The notes: a model not told the origin generated them from the sequence alone. Shown: positions 38,398 through 52,779, counted from the first letter of the stretch. The stretch: 64,000 bases of DNA from Octopus sinensis (GCF_006345805.1 NC_043005.1:50282001-50346000), one strand, 5' to 3'. A program made the numbers and translations.

Positions 38398-39075
38398 AGA
38401 AATCCAAAGTTGTTTTTGCTTTATGAATAAGAGCATTGTCCTGTTGAAATATGAAGTTTTCGTCACGGAGTCTTCTTCCATCTTCATCAATGTGAGCTCC
38501 GCCCAACATATCAATGTATCGTGCAGCATTGAAACGGCTATCATGATGACAAGTGGCAGCTTCCCATTGGCAGACATTGCTCACCACACATAAGACCCTC
38601 TCCGCTGTCCTGCCTCTTGGAATAAGTAGAATTTTGTATAGATTTATCTGCCTAGTAACCGATGAGGCCATCCAAATTTATAACCGATGAGGCCATCCAA
38701 ATTTCATTTTTTCTCATCAGAGAATAGAACCCGTGTCCATGAAACATCCCACGTCTGATGCTGTCGAGTAAACTCCAGGGTCAATAAAGGATGTCATAGC
38801 CGCTTCTTCAGGTGGAAATCACTCTTGTTACGGTGGATGTCGAGGCTCCTACTCTTGCTGATGCCTTGATACTCGAAATAGCGTGACTTCTTCACACCTC
38901 TGACAATGGACCTTTCATCCCTTTCTGATGAAGTCTTAGGGCGTCCACCAGCATGAACTCAGTTGTAGCCGTCAGGATCTTTCAGAAAATTGTCTTCTGG
39001 CGTTTTGCTTCCGTGAGTTTTTCCGGTAATCTTCCAGTAACTCATTCTTTCCACTTTCAGTGCAAGAATTTCCCC
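38398..39075 (-). pseudogene. Decayed Tc1/mariner (Tc3-like) transposase
   Basis: Reverse-complement motifs FLKDPDGYN, GGRPKTSSERDERSIVR, WTRVLFSDEKK*NLDG, YIDML and FIFQQDNALIH, with stops and frameshifts. Confidence 0.82.
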
Positions 39076-39279
39076 TTCCTCAATTTCGGGAAACTTTGAA
39101 GCTTTAGGCATACTGGAAATGTAATCTGGATCACGGAGAATAGGATTGTGTCGAATATTTTTCGAAACAATCTGGAAAGAAATGAACGTGTATTAGTGGC
39201 TTTATAGTTTTGAAGTGTTGATGAGCTAGGGAAAATGGGAAAATCAGGTATTGCAATGTAACAATAAAGGTACAAGGTT

Positions 39280-39497
39280 AAGGCGGTGAGCTGGCAGAAA
39301 CGTTAGCACGCCGGGCGAAATACTTAGCAGTATTTCGTCTGTCTTTACGTTCTGAGTTCAAATTCCGCCGAGGTCGACTTTGCCTTTCATCCTTTCAGGG
39401 GTCGATAAAGTAAGTACCAGTTGCGTACTAGGGTCGATCTAATTGACTGGCTCCCTCCCACCAAAAATTTCGGGCCTTGTGTCTAGAGTAGAAAAGA
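39280..39497 (+). mobile_element. Full-length SINE family A
   Basis: aggcggtgagctggcagaaacgttagc...gagttcaaattcc...cgggccttgtgtctagagtagaaaag. Confidence 0.9.
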
Positions 39498-39621
39498 ATA
39501 AACGTACAAGGTTTACATTTCAAAGTATTAACGAAATATCCATTTACAATATATTATTAGTCCACTTAAATACAGAGCTAAATTTCTAAATAACTTAAAA
39601 AAACAACAACCAGTTTTCTAG

Positions 39622-39669
<48 letters not shown>

Positions 39670-40199
39670 CGTGTGTGTGTATGTGTGTGTACATGATCAC
39701 ATATGTATAATCACATATAAATATATATGTATGTATGAACGTTTGTACACACACGCATACACATAAAGACACACGCGTGCGCGCACACACACACACACAC
39801 ATACACACACACACACACTCACACATACACACTCATGCTTCTGTGTCAACACGTATATCGCGTTGCAAAAGTGTATATGTGGTGCGGTGGCAGATGTGGA
39901 ACGGGGTTTATTTCCGTCGGATATTTTTTCGTTGTTGATTAAAATATATTTAGTCAGAGGTCTCGAGGGGTTTTGTTAAGCAAACACGATGTAAAATTGT
40001 AAATTTTCAGACTTATCTGCTTGTTTATTCATTATTTATCTTTTAACGTTGTATTCAGCGGAGAAAACTATGGTTACCTATAACTCTTTCCTGCATAGTC
40101 AAAAATTGATGGGAGAACAAAATTCATCTTGAAACCGCAGACATTACTCGTATGCTTAGACTCCTCTAGAGATACACAATGACCAGATCGTGATAGTGG

Positions 40200-40805
40200 G
40201 GAAGGGATAAATCTATTACATTGACCTCAGTGCTCAATTGGTACTTACTTTATCGACCACGGAAGGATGGAAGGCAAAGTAAACCTAAGAGGAATTTGAA
40301 CGCAGAACGTAAAGACGGACGAAATGCCGCTAAGCAAACGGTTCTGCCCAGTCGCTGCCCTAAGGTCATGGTTATATTGGTTTCAAACTATAACACAAGA
40401 CTAACAATTTCGGGGGTAGATTAAGTCGGTTACATCGATCCCCAGTATTCAACTGGTACTTATTTTTTTTTATCGACCCCGAAAGAATGAAAGCTAAAGT
40501 GAACCTCAGCGGATTTTAAATCCCGATGTAAAGACAGACGAAATGCTGCCAAAATATTTTCCCGTTGCGCTTAACGATTCTGCCATTTCACCGCCCTAAG
40601 ATCATTGTAATTTTAAAGCGAACGATATAAAGCGGTGAGCTGGCACAATCGTTAGCATACCGGCCAAAATGCTTAGTGGCATTTCGACGGTCTTTACGCT
40701 CTGAGTTCATATGACACCGGGATCGATTTACCTTTAATCTTTTCGGTTTCGATGAAATAGGTACCAGCTGAGCACTAAGATCGATGTAATCGATTTACCC
40801 CCTCC
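40200..40805. mobile_element. SINE A cluster: two - copies followed by a head-to-head + copy
   Basis: Cores at ~40250 and 40475 (-) and at 40630-40805 (+). Confidence 0.7.
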
Positions 40806-41149
40806 GCCTTGATGTGTTTAGTCGACGAAATCGACCCCACTGCTTTTTTTTTTGTCTTGAAATATGGTATTTAGTCTATCGAGATTATCTTTGTTGAACT
40901 GCTAAGTTATGAGGAAGTAAACAAACAACAACGTTTTGTCAAGCGGTGTGGGAAACAAACCCAAACACAAAGACACACACACACATATACATACACACGC
41001 ACACACACACACATATATACATACATATATATATGTATATCGAATATTCTAATTGAAGCGATTTCAGTTGGAACACAAATATTTTCTGTAGCCTCGCAAA
41101 CCTTCATTCCTATAAAGCTCAGGTTTTATACTTGGATATGTGAGAAATT

Positions 41150-41435
41150 GTGAAAGCGCTTGGCTTAGTGGTTAGAGTGTTTAACTCATGATTTAGCGAT
41201 TGTGATTTCGATTTCCGGACCGAGCGGCGCGTTGTGTTCTTGAGCAAAACACTTCATTTCACGTTGCTCCAATCCATTCAGCTGTAAGTAGGTAACCTTG
41301 CGACGGACTAGCCTTCCGAGCGGGAGGAATGTTGGCCTGCTCGCTTAGCCAGCGGGGTGGCATCATTCGAAAGCGCATTGTGATCAGTGACGTATAACAG
41401 CATCCGATACTCTGGTCTATCACGTTATCATGTGA
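41150..41435 (+). mobile_element. SINE family C (5327-type head) with tail type 2
   Basis: tggcttagtggttag..ttcttgagcaaaacacttcatttcacgttgctcca..gcttagccagcggggtggc. Confidence 0.8.
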
Positions 41436-41583
41436 TATGAGAAACTAAACTCCTTTCAAAATCATACTGAGAGTCTTTCACCAGTAAGTAAGTAGTTTCT
41501 CTCTCTGTTTCTTTTCTTTACTGTTAGAAGAAGAAAATAAAATGTAACTAACTTAATCAATTTCAAGTCTCGAGTTATATCGT

Positions 41584-41616
41584 CTGACGAGTCCAAAAGG
41601 GGGACGAAATAGTGTA
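41584..41616 (+). ncRNA. Hammerhead core with canonical CUGACGA/GAAA and stem II but weak stems I and III
   Basis: CTGACGA-gtcc aaaaggg ggac-GAAA-tagt-GTA. Confidence 0.45.
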
Positions 41617-43976
41617 GTTCACCACGAATTACCAGTGACTTTAAAAACTTTATCATATGGATATCAAGAAAAAAATAAATAAAAGAATTATATAGGAATA
41701 TATGTATGCCCTTCACTCTTTGATATAAATTCCTCAATATACTTAAAGCTAAAAGTGATCCTCTCCTCTTATGTAACAGACTCCAGTACGACCATACATT
41801 CAAGTAGTATTTGCTTGAATATTATTTGAATGCTGTTATACCAGCCCAAGAAATGGTACTTGCTATTATCACTAACACAACAGTATGTCTTTGGAAAATA
41901 CAGTCACTTTAGAATTATTTCTACTAGTGCGCTGGAGACAGTCGTAGTATTGAATGAAGTAGAAAAATCAATAAAATGTACTTACTAAACACGTAAACTA
42001 CAACAGTTATTTCCACAACAAAAGAATAAATAAGGAAATATGAAAAAATATAATAAAGAATAACAAATAATGAAGACGGAGAGCTTCAAACAATACGAAA
42101 AGGGTAACTTAACTGCCTGTTCGGCGATCAAAGTTGGATCTACATAAACTCAGATTTCTAAGCCGTTCGCTTCTGATGATGGCCTTTGTGCTTAAATATA
42201 AAGGTTGCTTAACTTTTCCAATTCACATTGTTAGAAGCTCTCTGTTCTCATTATTTGTAATTTTACTTCTGTATCACAATGCTTCAAGCAATCCACAACG
42301 CAAGTCTGTTATAAATATTGCTTTTTTTTCCCCCTTTCTTCTTTCATCTCCTTCTCTCTGTTATTCTCATCTCTGAAAGACAAATAAGTACGAAACGTCA
42401 AACATTTCTTTCTCTCATTCGTCCAATGTGAAACTAATACATCATTTTCTCGCGTGATTTCGTTGCATACGTTATATTATACTTGTGAATATGTCCTTCT
42501 CTGCATTGGTGCAACCAGATCTGCTTGTATGGATACGGAATTATCTCCTGCAGTACTATTTTGGCGGATTACAGAGGATTAGTCTCTTAAGTTACAGTGA
42601 GGCTCTATTTTATTGCAGTATATACAAATATACATTTATATAATATAAGAGTATAATACACACACACACACACACACACACAAAGACATTTATATACATA
42701 AACATCTATGTAAATACATACATATACACACACATGTTTTATATGCATATTTCTATATGTATATATGTGTGTAGTTATAAATATACATATACATTTGTAA
42801 TTATATACATGTATATGCATGTATGTGTAAATGTATGCGCATACATGTATATATACGTGTATGTGTATATATATAAAAGTAAATAAAACAGACACACATA
42901 TATACTTGCATACATACATACATACATACATACATACATACATACATACATACATACATACATACATGACTTAAAAGTTTGGTCGCTTTTTAGTTACATA
43001 TTTAGGAATTGGCTATTGATTTACTAATTGAATTTATTTACCGATACTGTTGTACATAGGTAGATGTGTTTGAAAGTTGTGGTTTCTTTGGTATGTTTGT
43101 TCCCAAACAACACTTATTTTAGAGCTGTTGACACCACCGGAATGAATGGTACTTCCGAGGTGTCGAAACCATAACGATATCCGTGGGGCAGCTAATGATG
43201 GCGCTATATTGGATTGTTGGCATTGCTGTTTTTGTATATGTAGAATAGTGTTATAACACATCCTTTTGATATATGCATCTATATACGCATATACACGTAC
43301 ACAGTCTCACATACATTTACACACATAGAGAGTGTGGGAGAGAGGGAGAATAAGAGAGAGAAAATCATACGCACAGACTAAAAAATATATTTTGACATGA
43401 TAATGTCTAGATGTTTAGCAGTATATCGTGGATAGAGAACTCAATATGAAATATAGAGTGAAGCAAATAATTGCATATCATAAGAAAGTGTGCCATTTGT
43501 ACATACGTTTCATTCACTTCTCAGTCACAGGTACGTATATGCAGCTATCCATTCATCCATCCATCCATCCATCCATATATGTATACGTACATGCATAAAT
43601 ACATACACAAATAATTACAAATATACATACATGTATCCACACATGTATAGATGTATGTGTGTGTGTGTGTGCGTGTGTGAGTGTATGTGTGTATGCGTGT
43701 GTGTGTAGCCATCATTGTGGATGTGTTGCTTTTTCCTGTGTATAGCTGTCCAGTCGACTCAAATGCAAGATTCAAACAGAGAAGAGGAGGATGGCGAGGG
43801 AAAGAGGAGAGAGAGGATGAAATAGACAGAAAGAGAGAGTATATATGTGTGTGTGTGTGTGTGAAAGAGAGAGAGAGAGAGAGAAGGAAAGAAAATAAAG
43901 AAATGCAAGAAGAGAATAGGCCTGGTTGAAGAAAGAAAGAGAAATTTAGAGAATAGAAGAGACGAAAATAGAGGAG

Positions 43977-44087
<111 letters not shown>

Positions 44088-44661
44088 AAAAGTGAAAGAA
44101 ACAAAGAAGGAGAGAGAGCGAAACGATAGAAGTCGCTGCAAAAGAGATGTTAAGAACAAAGAGATTTTTCAAAGATTCTTTGAACTGAATAAGATAACAA
44201 GAAAAGATCAGCAGGAAAGTAGAGACAAATTACTGGACTTCGATGCAACAATTGAACTGGGAGAGGTAATTGAGGAGAAATAACAAAACCGTTGAGAAAA
44301 AAATAACAAAAACCCAACAAAAAGAAAAGAGAAAAGACTGAAGCTTCAATCATTAGAGGCTGAGTGTGGGACGAACACAAGTTACTTTGTTTTGTTTGTT
44401 TGTTTGTTTTTTTACTAATATCTTCATTTCATTTGTTTATCTTTTAAGTTTGTGTTGTCTGCCGCTGTGTTTGTGTCCTTAGTCTCTATGTATGTATTTC
44501 AGTACGTGTGATCCTTTACTCTCTCAGGTGTGTCCAAATTTGGTTTTTGATATTTCTAATACGATGAGTATTAAATAAAATATATTGGAAAAAGCAATAC
44601 GGTAACAGGAAATGACAACATTGTTGTGTATGGACATATATGCTTATATATATATTCACAC

Positions 44662-44707
<46 letters not shown>

Positions 44708-44749
44708 ACACACAAATATATACGCACATAAATTATATATATGTGTGTG

Positions 44750-45100
44750 TATGGTAAGAAGTTTGCTTTTGAACCTTGGGGAAGTGTTTTCTACTATAAC
44801 CCCGAGGCGACCAATGCCTTGTGAGTGGATTTGATAGAGAGAAACTGAATGAAATCGCCGTATGAATATATCTATGTGTGTGTGGCTCTGTGTTTGTGAA
44901 TGCCCCCCACCAGTGCTTGGTAAAAGTGTTGGTTTGTTTACGTTCCCGTAACATAGCGGTTCGGCAAAAAAGACTGACAGAATAATTACCAGGCTTTGAC
45001 GGAAGATGAGTACTGAGGGTCAATTCGTTCGACTAAAAGCCCTTCAAGGCGGAGCTCCAGCATGGTCACAGACCAATGACTGAAATAAGGAAAAGATAAT
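44750..45100 (+). mobile_element. SINE family B, degenerate
   Basis: ccaatgccttgtgagtggattt..tagcggttcggcaaaa..ctccagcatgg. Confidence 0.7.
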
Positions 45101-45153
45101 ACACACACACACACACACTCACACACACACACACACTCACACACACACACACA

Positions 45154-45190
<37 letters not shown>

Positions 45191-45722
45191 ACACTCATAA
45201 CACACACTCATAACCCCCCCGACACATACATAGGTAGCAAACAATTACAAATGATACAAAGACTGGTACATCTTCAAACTTTTCTTATAATTCAACTCTT
45301 AGTTATACATCGCAATTAGTAAGCTAAATGACCGACACGTGTTTCTGATGCACAGAGTATATGCAGTTGGTTTAACGTGCATCTAGCTATCGTTATTATC
45401 ACTAGCTTAAAATATCTTATTTTTGAAAACAAAAATCATAATAAGATTTACAAGTACAGTAATTTCCTTATAATCTAAAACTCAATTTGCAAGTGCACCT
45501 TCCTTATCGATACCTTAAGAAATATATATGACAGAATTCCAATCACGTAATTAAATTTAATTAATTTTTATACATAGACGAAGCCTATTAGGTCACTCAC
45601 ATATATGTTGACCTCTCAATTTCTTCCTAGACTATGGTTAACTTAAGGTCAACTTCGGAATTAATTTCATAGCCATATCAGATTTCAACACATTCCTATC
45701 ACTTTCGTTTTGTATCTTAAAC

Positions 45723-46025
45723 CAGTACTCCTCAAACTCTTTGATGTGGCGTACAGGCAGTTTTTTTTCTCCAATGTGCCAGAGACCAGTAATATTTCTT
45801 AGTAATATTTATTTATACCGGAAACAATATATATAATGAATATAATAAAAGTTGACTTTTTTTTTAGATCTTATATTTATTTAGTAAACAAATAATACAG
45901 TATTACATAAACATTTTATAAGCATTTTATAACGTTTCTTTCTTTTCTGGAAACTCGCTGCATACAGGTAGCTGATGGCTCACGGATCGGCACCGGTCCA
46001 CGGACCACCACTTTGAGTAGCAATG
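45723..46025. mobile_element. hAT MITE with perfect 8-bp TSD
   Basis: TSD tcttaaac at 45715-45722 and 46026-46033. TIRs cagtactcctcaaa / tttgagtagcaatg. Confidence 0.8.
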
Positions 46026-46731
46026 TCTTAAACCATAGTAAAATAGCCCCTGAATTCGCTGGCCTTATGCCAAAATTCGAAATCAGTATTAAACGGAGAT
46101 TTCATTAATTCGTCAAAATTTTACACTAACGATAACAATGAGAAACAGTACAAATCAGAATTACTCGAACATGAATTTTACAATCTGCACTAAACTGACA
46201 GTTCCATAATGTAGGTTGATATCTTTAGAACATTTCCCACCTATCAGGTGTCCAAATAATTAATAAATAATTGAAGACACATCCACACTTTTTCTAGTAT
46301 ATTAGAAGAGTTTGATTATATTTTCATACTAATATATTTTATTGTACTTTTGATTTTATTTCCGAAGCTAAACACTTTAGCACAAAGTTCATTGTTACAT
46401 AAAGTAATAATACATTATCGCTAACATCCACTGCTTTCTTAAGCATTGTTACTTGTCTACTTTGTCACAATATTTCAAAGAATCTGTACAACAGTAACTA
46501 ATTAGCTCAGACCTTTTATTCTGATCGACTTTCACGTTTTGCACCATTAATTGAATCGTTTAGACTGAGATTCACTCTTTATGTATTGCTTGTTATTATA
46601 CTCACTTTATTATTAAACATGATACCAACCATCTCTTATTAAACTATCTATTTGTGAAGCTTCATAAAATTTATGACGTTGATGTTACTTTCTCCATTAC
46701 AGGTTTTAGCTACACGCTAAAATATTAATTA

Positions 46732-47218
46732 GCGTAAATCTTCGAGTATAATCCGCATTTTTCCCCGTACTATATACGAGGTTAAAAATGAAAAATATTT
46801 TCTAAGCAATGTCTGAGTCTCTATTTGCTGTCCAGCAATTCAGACGCATTTTGTGATGTCGGGCACGAAAATACCTTAAGCTAAGTCTGAAAGCAATGAA
46901 GCCATAAGATAATCATCCGTAACTTGCAGTAAGCAACATTTATTAAAATAAAAGTATTCAGAACACAGAATAATATGTAACAAAAGCAATTTGCAAACAT
47001 ATTTACATTCCCATATAACAGTTAAGAACATCACCATTATTGTATTACGCATGCGCGGAAGTGTTTGTTCGACTTGTTGCTGCTGGCTTAATTACGCACG
47101 ACTCAAGGTAGAGAAAGTGTGCGTATTATACACAAGGTTTAGGTTTTTCAGAGGTACAGCCTCCTAAAAATCCCCTGCGTATTATACTCAAGGGCGGACT
47201 ATACTCGAGGATTTACGG
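46732..47218. mobile_element. Tc1/mariner-pogo type MITE with TA flanks
   Basis: TIRs gcgtaaatcttcgagtataatccgc / gcggactatactcgaggatttacgg. Confidence 0.75.
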
Positions 47219-47355
47219 TAAATCACAACCAAGATCGTTCGATGGTATCCATATGTTTATATTTCTTTGTACGTCAAACCTACTATAATATTTACTGTAC
47301 ACCTTAGTCTTTTTAGTACACTTTATCTGTTCCTATATCAGTTTTCTTTCACGTG

Positions 47356-47570
47356 AAGGTGGCGAGCTGGAAGAATCGTTACCGCGCCAGATAAAATGCT
47401 TAGCGGAATTTCTTCCGGATCTTGACGTTCTGAGTTTTAAAAAAACCTCTGGTTTCCACACCGCATTTCATCCCTTCGGGGACGATAAAATAAAGTACCA
47501 ATCCAGCACTGTGGTTGATGTAATCGGTTGGTTCCATTCTACCAAAATTTCAGGCCTTATGCCTATTGTA
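47356..47570 (+). mobile_element. SINE family A, degenerate
   Basis: aaggtggcgagctggaagaatcgtta..ttcatcccttcggggacgat. Confidence 0.75.
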
Positions 47571-48262
47571 GAGAGACATTTAGATGTCTCGTAATAATTA
47601 TTATCTGAATTTCTATTTTCATATTTTTACCCAGACAAAATTCATAGTTTTTTTTTCAAAATCAATATTCCCAATATTTTCCCTTGTAAACAAACTTTTG
47701 GTAGATACGATTTTTGTTTACACCGCATATTGGTGTTTCGGATATTTTATTTTTATTTCAATTCTGGTATTCTCCAAAAACAAGCTCCCTTTTAATTTAA
47801 CAATACTTCTGTTTTACATATTGCAAATTGATTTTACTATTCTGCCAAATATATTGAATTCCAGGTTTTTATAAAAATATTGTTGGTCTGTATTTATACA
47901 TTTACGCATACAATTTCCAATATCTATCTATCCACACACACACGCACACACACACACACACACGCACCTACACACACACGTGTATGTATATTCATATAGT
48001 TATATAAATGTACATCTTTTCAGTATATATTCTTACGCATTTATGCATACATTTTCTTATGCATTTTATTTAAACTCAAATGCATTATATTCATCATAAT
48101 ATTGAATTCTCATAGATCCGATTTTTACTTATATACATTCTCTTAAATTACAGCATCTGAAGTAGATTGTAACGTTACATACCGAAAGATTTATTTACTA
48201 AAACAAACCTCTTCTACAATATAACTAACGTAACTTTAAATTGTATTATTAAATTCATCGTA

Positions 48263-48837
48263 TAAGGCGGCGAGCTGGCAGAAATGTTAGCACGCTGGGC
48301 GAAATGCTTAGCAGCATTGCGTCTGTCGCTATGTTCTGAGTTCAAATTCCGCCGAGGTCGACTTTGCCTTTCATCCTTTCGGGGTCGATTAAATAAGTAC
48401 CAGTTACGCATTGGGGTTGATATAATCGACTTAATCCGTCTGTCTCTCCTTGTTTGTCCTCTCTGTGTTTAGCCCCTTGTGGGTAGTAAAGAAATAGGTA
48501 TTTCACCCATCGCTACGTTCTGCGCTCAAATTCCGCTGAGATTGACTTTGCCTTTCATTCTTTCGGGGTCGATAAATCAGGTACCAGTTGAGTACTGGGG
48601 TCGATGTGATAGACTGTCCCCCTCCCACAAAATCCAGACCTTGTGCCTATAGTAGAAAGGAATAAGCAAATTGCTTAGGCGGTATTTCGTCTGTTTTTAT
48701 ATTCTGAGTTCAAATTCCGTCGAGTTCGATTTTGCCTATCTTCCTTTCGGGGTCGATAAAATAAGAACCAGTTGAGCACCGGGGTTAATGTAATCCTCTC
48801 CCCCAAATTTCCGGCCTTATGCCAAAATTTGAAACCA
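48263..48837 (+). mobile_element. SINE family A dimer (48263-48660) plus a third monomer
   Basis: Junction gggtagtaaagaaata|ggtatttc at ~48496. Confidence 0.85.
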
Positions 48838-49472
48838 TAATTATTATTATACAAACTTGTTAAATATTTCAATAAATAACAGGTTTACAACTTAATACTC
48901 TGAAAATTTTAAGATCTTTTCGGTTTGACACACCAGATCAGATATGCTTGTTTAAATTTTGCAAAATTTTAACCACTCAGATTCGTCCATTTTCGATACT
49001 CCGGAAGCTGGAATTGCTACGTTTACATTGCAATTTCTTTTGTGCTTGGTGACATGTTTTCCCTCGCAATTATTCTTTTTAGTTCATATTATTCATTATT
49101 CTGCGATAAATTAATAATGAAAACCTTACACAATAATTTTTTAATGAAAGAAAATTAAATTAATCATAAAAACGTTACACAACGTTTTTTTTTCTTTCTC
49201 TCAAAGATGAAAAATATTTAATGAAAGAAAATGAAACGAATCAAATTAATTTATGAAACTGTGAAACAAAACAGCAAATGAACTTCGCCGAATTTCAGTT
49301 TACATAACGGGAAATGAACTTATGAAAACTGAAATTAAGAGATGCATTGCAGCATTTTCTTGCAAGAGATCATAATTACTTTGTCTGTGCCATCACGTAA
49401 ATAAATACACAGAGTAATAAGTCAATCATAGAACGATGACTACTATAGCACCGTTTATTTGATCCTTTAAGG

Positions 49473-49975
49473 CAGCAAACTCCAACGACTTTTACATCAT
49501 GGATCGGTTTCACGCAAGATAAATTTTATACGGACCGGAGGATCGCGAATATTACAAAACACTATAAAGAGCATTACATAATTTAATCATTACATGGATA
49601 ATACACATATATTGGGTTCAAATTTTGGCACAAAGCCATCAGGTTTGGGGGAGAGACTAAGTCGATTAAATCGACCCCGGTGTTCAACTGGTACTTATTT
49701 TATTGATCCCGAAAGGAAGAAAGGCAAAGTTGGCCACGGCTGAATTTGAACTTAGAACGTAACGACGGATGAAATGGCGTTAAGCATTTTACCGCCATCT
49801 TATAATTAACATTATTTATATATACAATGCATATGTAATGCAAGAAATACCCTGCAGATTGTGATAGTCAATAACATAGAAATAAAGTTTAAAAAATTAT
49901 ATTTTTCTGAGCGACTCGGTGCCAAATGATCCGTGGACCGGTTCTGATCTGCGGTCCTATGGTTGCCGACCCTTG
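49473..49975. mobile_element. hAT MITE interrupted by a SINE A (49612-49800, -)
   Basis: TSD ctttaagg / ctctaagg (7 of 8). The subterminal ccgtggaccgg resembles the 45723 element. Confidence 0.6.
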
Positions 49976-50509
49976 CTCTAAGGCACTTTCACGTGCTTCC
50001 AACTTGTTGATGTGGGTTCCATCTGATTTTACAAATTCGAAGCTGTGATTCCCAGTTCTCTGCTGAATGTCGTAGCCTGGTATTTCTAGGGTATGGGGAT
50101 AGGCTTGTCACAAGTCACTATACTAAGTGGATCCTGGCAGAACTGACTCCCGAATACATCCTTCGGGTGTATCGCAGTTACGACATGATACCGTATACAG
50201 AAATATCTACCCTGTTTAGCGACACACGTCATCAAAGATTCACTGCTCTGAGAGCACCCTTTCTCTATTCAACATTCATCTGGAATACATAGTTTCATTT
50301 ATCTCTATTATCATTCTAGCACCATCTATCCATATTGGGTTTCGAAGTAGGTCATCTACCCACAGTTCCCTCATGTAGTTATAGTCAACCACGGTGTTAC
50401 GGTTCATTTCCAATTCCTCCTCAAAGAAACGAGCAGTTGTCTGTTCATTTACCCAAACTCAGCTATGGTTATTAGTGAAAGAGTGCTATCTTCAAGTCAG
50501 CGTTCTTTT

Positions 50510-50672
50510 TTATTTCTTTATTGCCCATAAGGGGCTAAACGTAGAGGAGACAAACAAGGACAGACAAAGGGATTAAGTCGATTACATCGACCCCGTGCGT
50601 AACTGGTACTTAATTTATCGACTCTGAATGGATGAAAGGCAAAGTCGACCTCGGCGGAATTTGAACTCAGAA
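50510..50672 (-). mobile_element. 5'-truncated SINE family A with AATAAA-type tail
   Basis: tatttctttattgcccataaggggctaaac..ggaatttgaactcagaa. Confidence 0.85.
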
Positions 50673-51471
50673 GTCAACGTTCTTTCTTAACATACAAATT
50701 CATCGTAACACGTCATCTTTCAGTTACACAGTCTTCGTATGATATTTTCTCTGACAAATATGTCTTCTATTGGAAATAGCCCATTGCATCCTCCTCCGTT
50801 TTCAAATTAATTCATACACTTCTCAGATTCTCAACTCAGTCACTCATAATGGTTTTCAATTTCTTGCTTCTCCTTTCGTTTATATATTTTTGCTCGTGCT
50901 AAATATGTTTTCGCATGCTGCTTCAATATGTTGCTAAGGGAAAATATGGAAATTCTGACTTTCCTGCGTGCCGAAAATAGTCGTATCCGATTGGCTGAAA
51001 TTTCATCAAATTTCACTCCTTAAACGTTCGTAAACTCATTACTTACAATTTTTTTTCCCAAAATGTTTATGATTTTCATAATTAACATGAAAGTATTACA
51101 TCTGTGTAGCAATTTCCAAACGAAATCGGTTCTGGTGCGTCAAAACGAACAGGTTAATTCTTTCCTTCATAACAAATATTAGTTCATTTGAAATGTATAA
51201 ATGATAATAAAAGCGTTAGAAACATTTTTTTTTCTAAAATAGATCAACTTTAAATTTGCTATAACACATTTTCACCGTTTTTCCGAATAACGTCTGTTAC
51301 TAAATTACAGAGCATTTCCAAATTCAGGGTCTTCGATGTCGCAAGTTCAATAACTGTTAAAATATTTCATACAAACACATCTATACTAATACCTCACAAA
51401 ACCACACGCACTTATTTACACAACATTTCTTTTCTTTTTTTTTTCTTTTTTACTCCTTATCACACACCTTA

Positions 51472-51870
51472 TAGACGTAGGAGTGGGCTGTGTGGTAAGT
51501 AGCTTGTTTACCAACCACATGGTCCCGGGTTCAGTCCGACTGCGTGGCACCTTGGGCAGGTGTCTTCTACTATAGCCTCGGGTCGACCAAGGCCTTGTGA
51601 GTGGATTTGGTAAACGGAAACTGAAAGAAGCCCGTCGTATATATGTATATATATATATGTTGTGCGTCTGTGATTGTCCCCCCAACATCGCTTGACAACC
51701 GATGCTGGTGTGTTTACGTCACCGTAACTTAGCGGTTTGGCAAAAGAGACCGATGGAATGAGTGCCAAGCTTACAAAGAATAAGTCCTGTGGTCGATTTG
51801 ATAGACTAAAGGCGGTGCTCCAGCATGGCCGCAATCAAATTACTGAAACAAGTAAAAGAGTAAAAGAGAG
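51472..51870 (+). mobile_element. Full-length SINE family B
   Basis: Closely matches 36712-37118. Confidence 0.88.
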
Positions 51871-51962
51871 TTTCAATCATTAAACTGCAGCCATGCAGTA
51901 ATGCTGGGGAATTTTAGTTGAACGAATCGACCCAGGCACTTATTTTTATTTTGAGGATGGTA

Positions 51963-52093
51963 TTAGGTTGTCCCAAAAGTTCGTAAACACTTGCGAAAAT
52001 TGACTATAACAATATAAACCCAAACAAACAATTAAAAATTGCATAAAAATTCAAATTTTCGCAAAGTTTTTACGAACTTTTGGGACAACCTTA
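51963..52093. mobile_element. Mariner-type MITE (~40-bp TIRs, TA flanks) inside a SINE B remnant
   Basis: aggttgtcccaaaagttcgtaaacacttgcgaaaatt / aattttcgcaaagtttttacgaacttttgggacaacct. Confidence 0.85.
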
Positions 52094-52779
52094 TATTTAT
52101 TCTATCGATCTCTTTTGTGGAACCCCTATGTTACAGAGGATATAAACACACCAACACCGGTTTTCAATCTGTGGTGGTGGGATAAACACACACACACACT
52201 CACACTCTCTCTCTTACTCTCACGTGACCTGGTCAATCCTTAGCGCTCTGTCTTCCACCCTCTTTAATTCCTTCTCTCTCTTTCTCTCTCTCTACCCTCT
52301 TGTGACCTGCTGCTTAACAAGCCATTTCGTTGGTGACCGCAGCCAGCTCAACATCGTTCCCCCTCTGCCAAAGGGGCAATTTTTTCCAAACACGCCTGCT
52401 AGATAAGTTAAATTTGTCTCAATTTTTCTTAAGTCGTAAGACACCTGCTGTTATCCTGTTATTAACCATTCTTGTTTTTATTTTTATTTTTGTTTTCGTT
52501 TTTTGTATTTGTATTCGTCCTTGTTGCGTTTACATTCGTTCCTTTTTCCAAGAAATCTAATGCTCACAGCTTAGTTTTTCCTTGGGGCTGGCCGCGTTAG
52601 AGCAAATATCAGAATTAATCAGCCGAAATTTGCTATGATGATCCGGTTTCTGACTGAAGATTAAAGGCTTCGAATGACCCGTCTGTTTTCTGTGTTCGTC
52701 CCTTTGTGTAATTCACGTTCTTGTTTTTTTATATATATACACATACATAAATAAATATATATATATACCTATACATAAA

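Noticed and set aside
42173-42410. CTGATGA plus hairpin at 42173, and a decayed GAAACGTC motif at ~42392
   Set aside because: The first lacks GAAA and the second lacks an intact CUGANGA and stem II. At most these are fossil pLTRs.
43034-43261. ORF with FRHLGSTI
   Set aside because: Only a short RTE-like motif, too degraded to call.
52220-52730. Possible Penelope 3' region with a decayed ribozyme
   Set aside because: The core nucleotides are missing and no ORF supports it.
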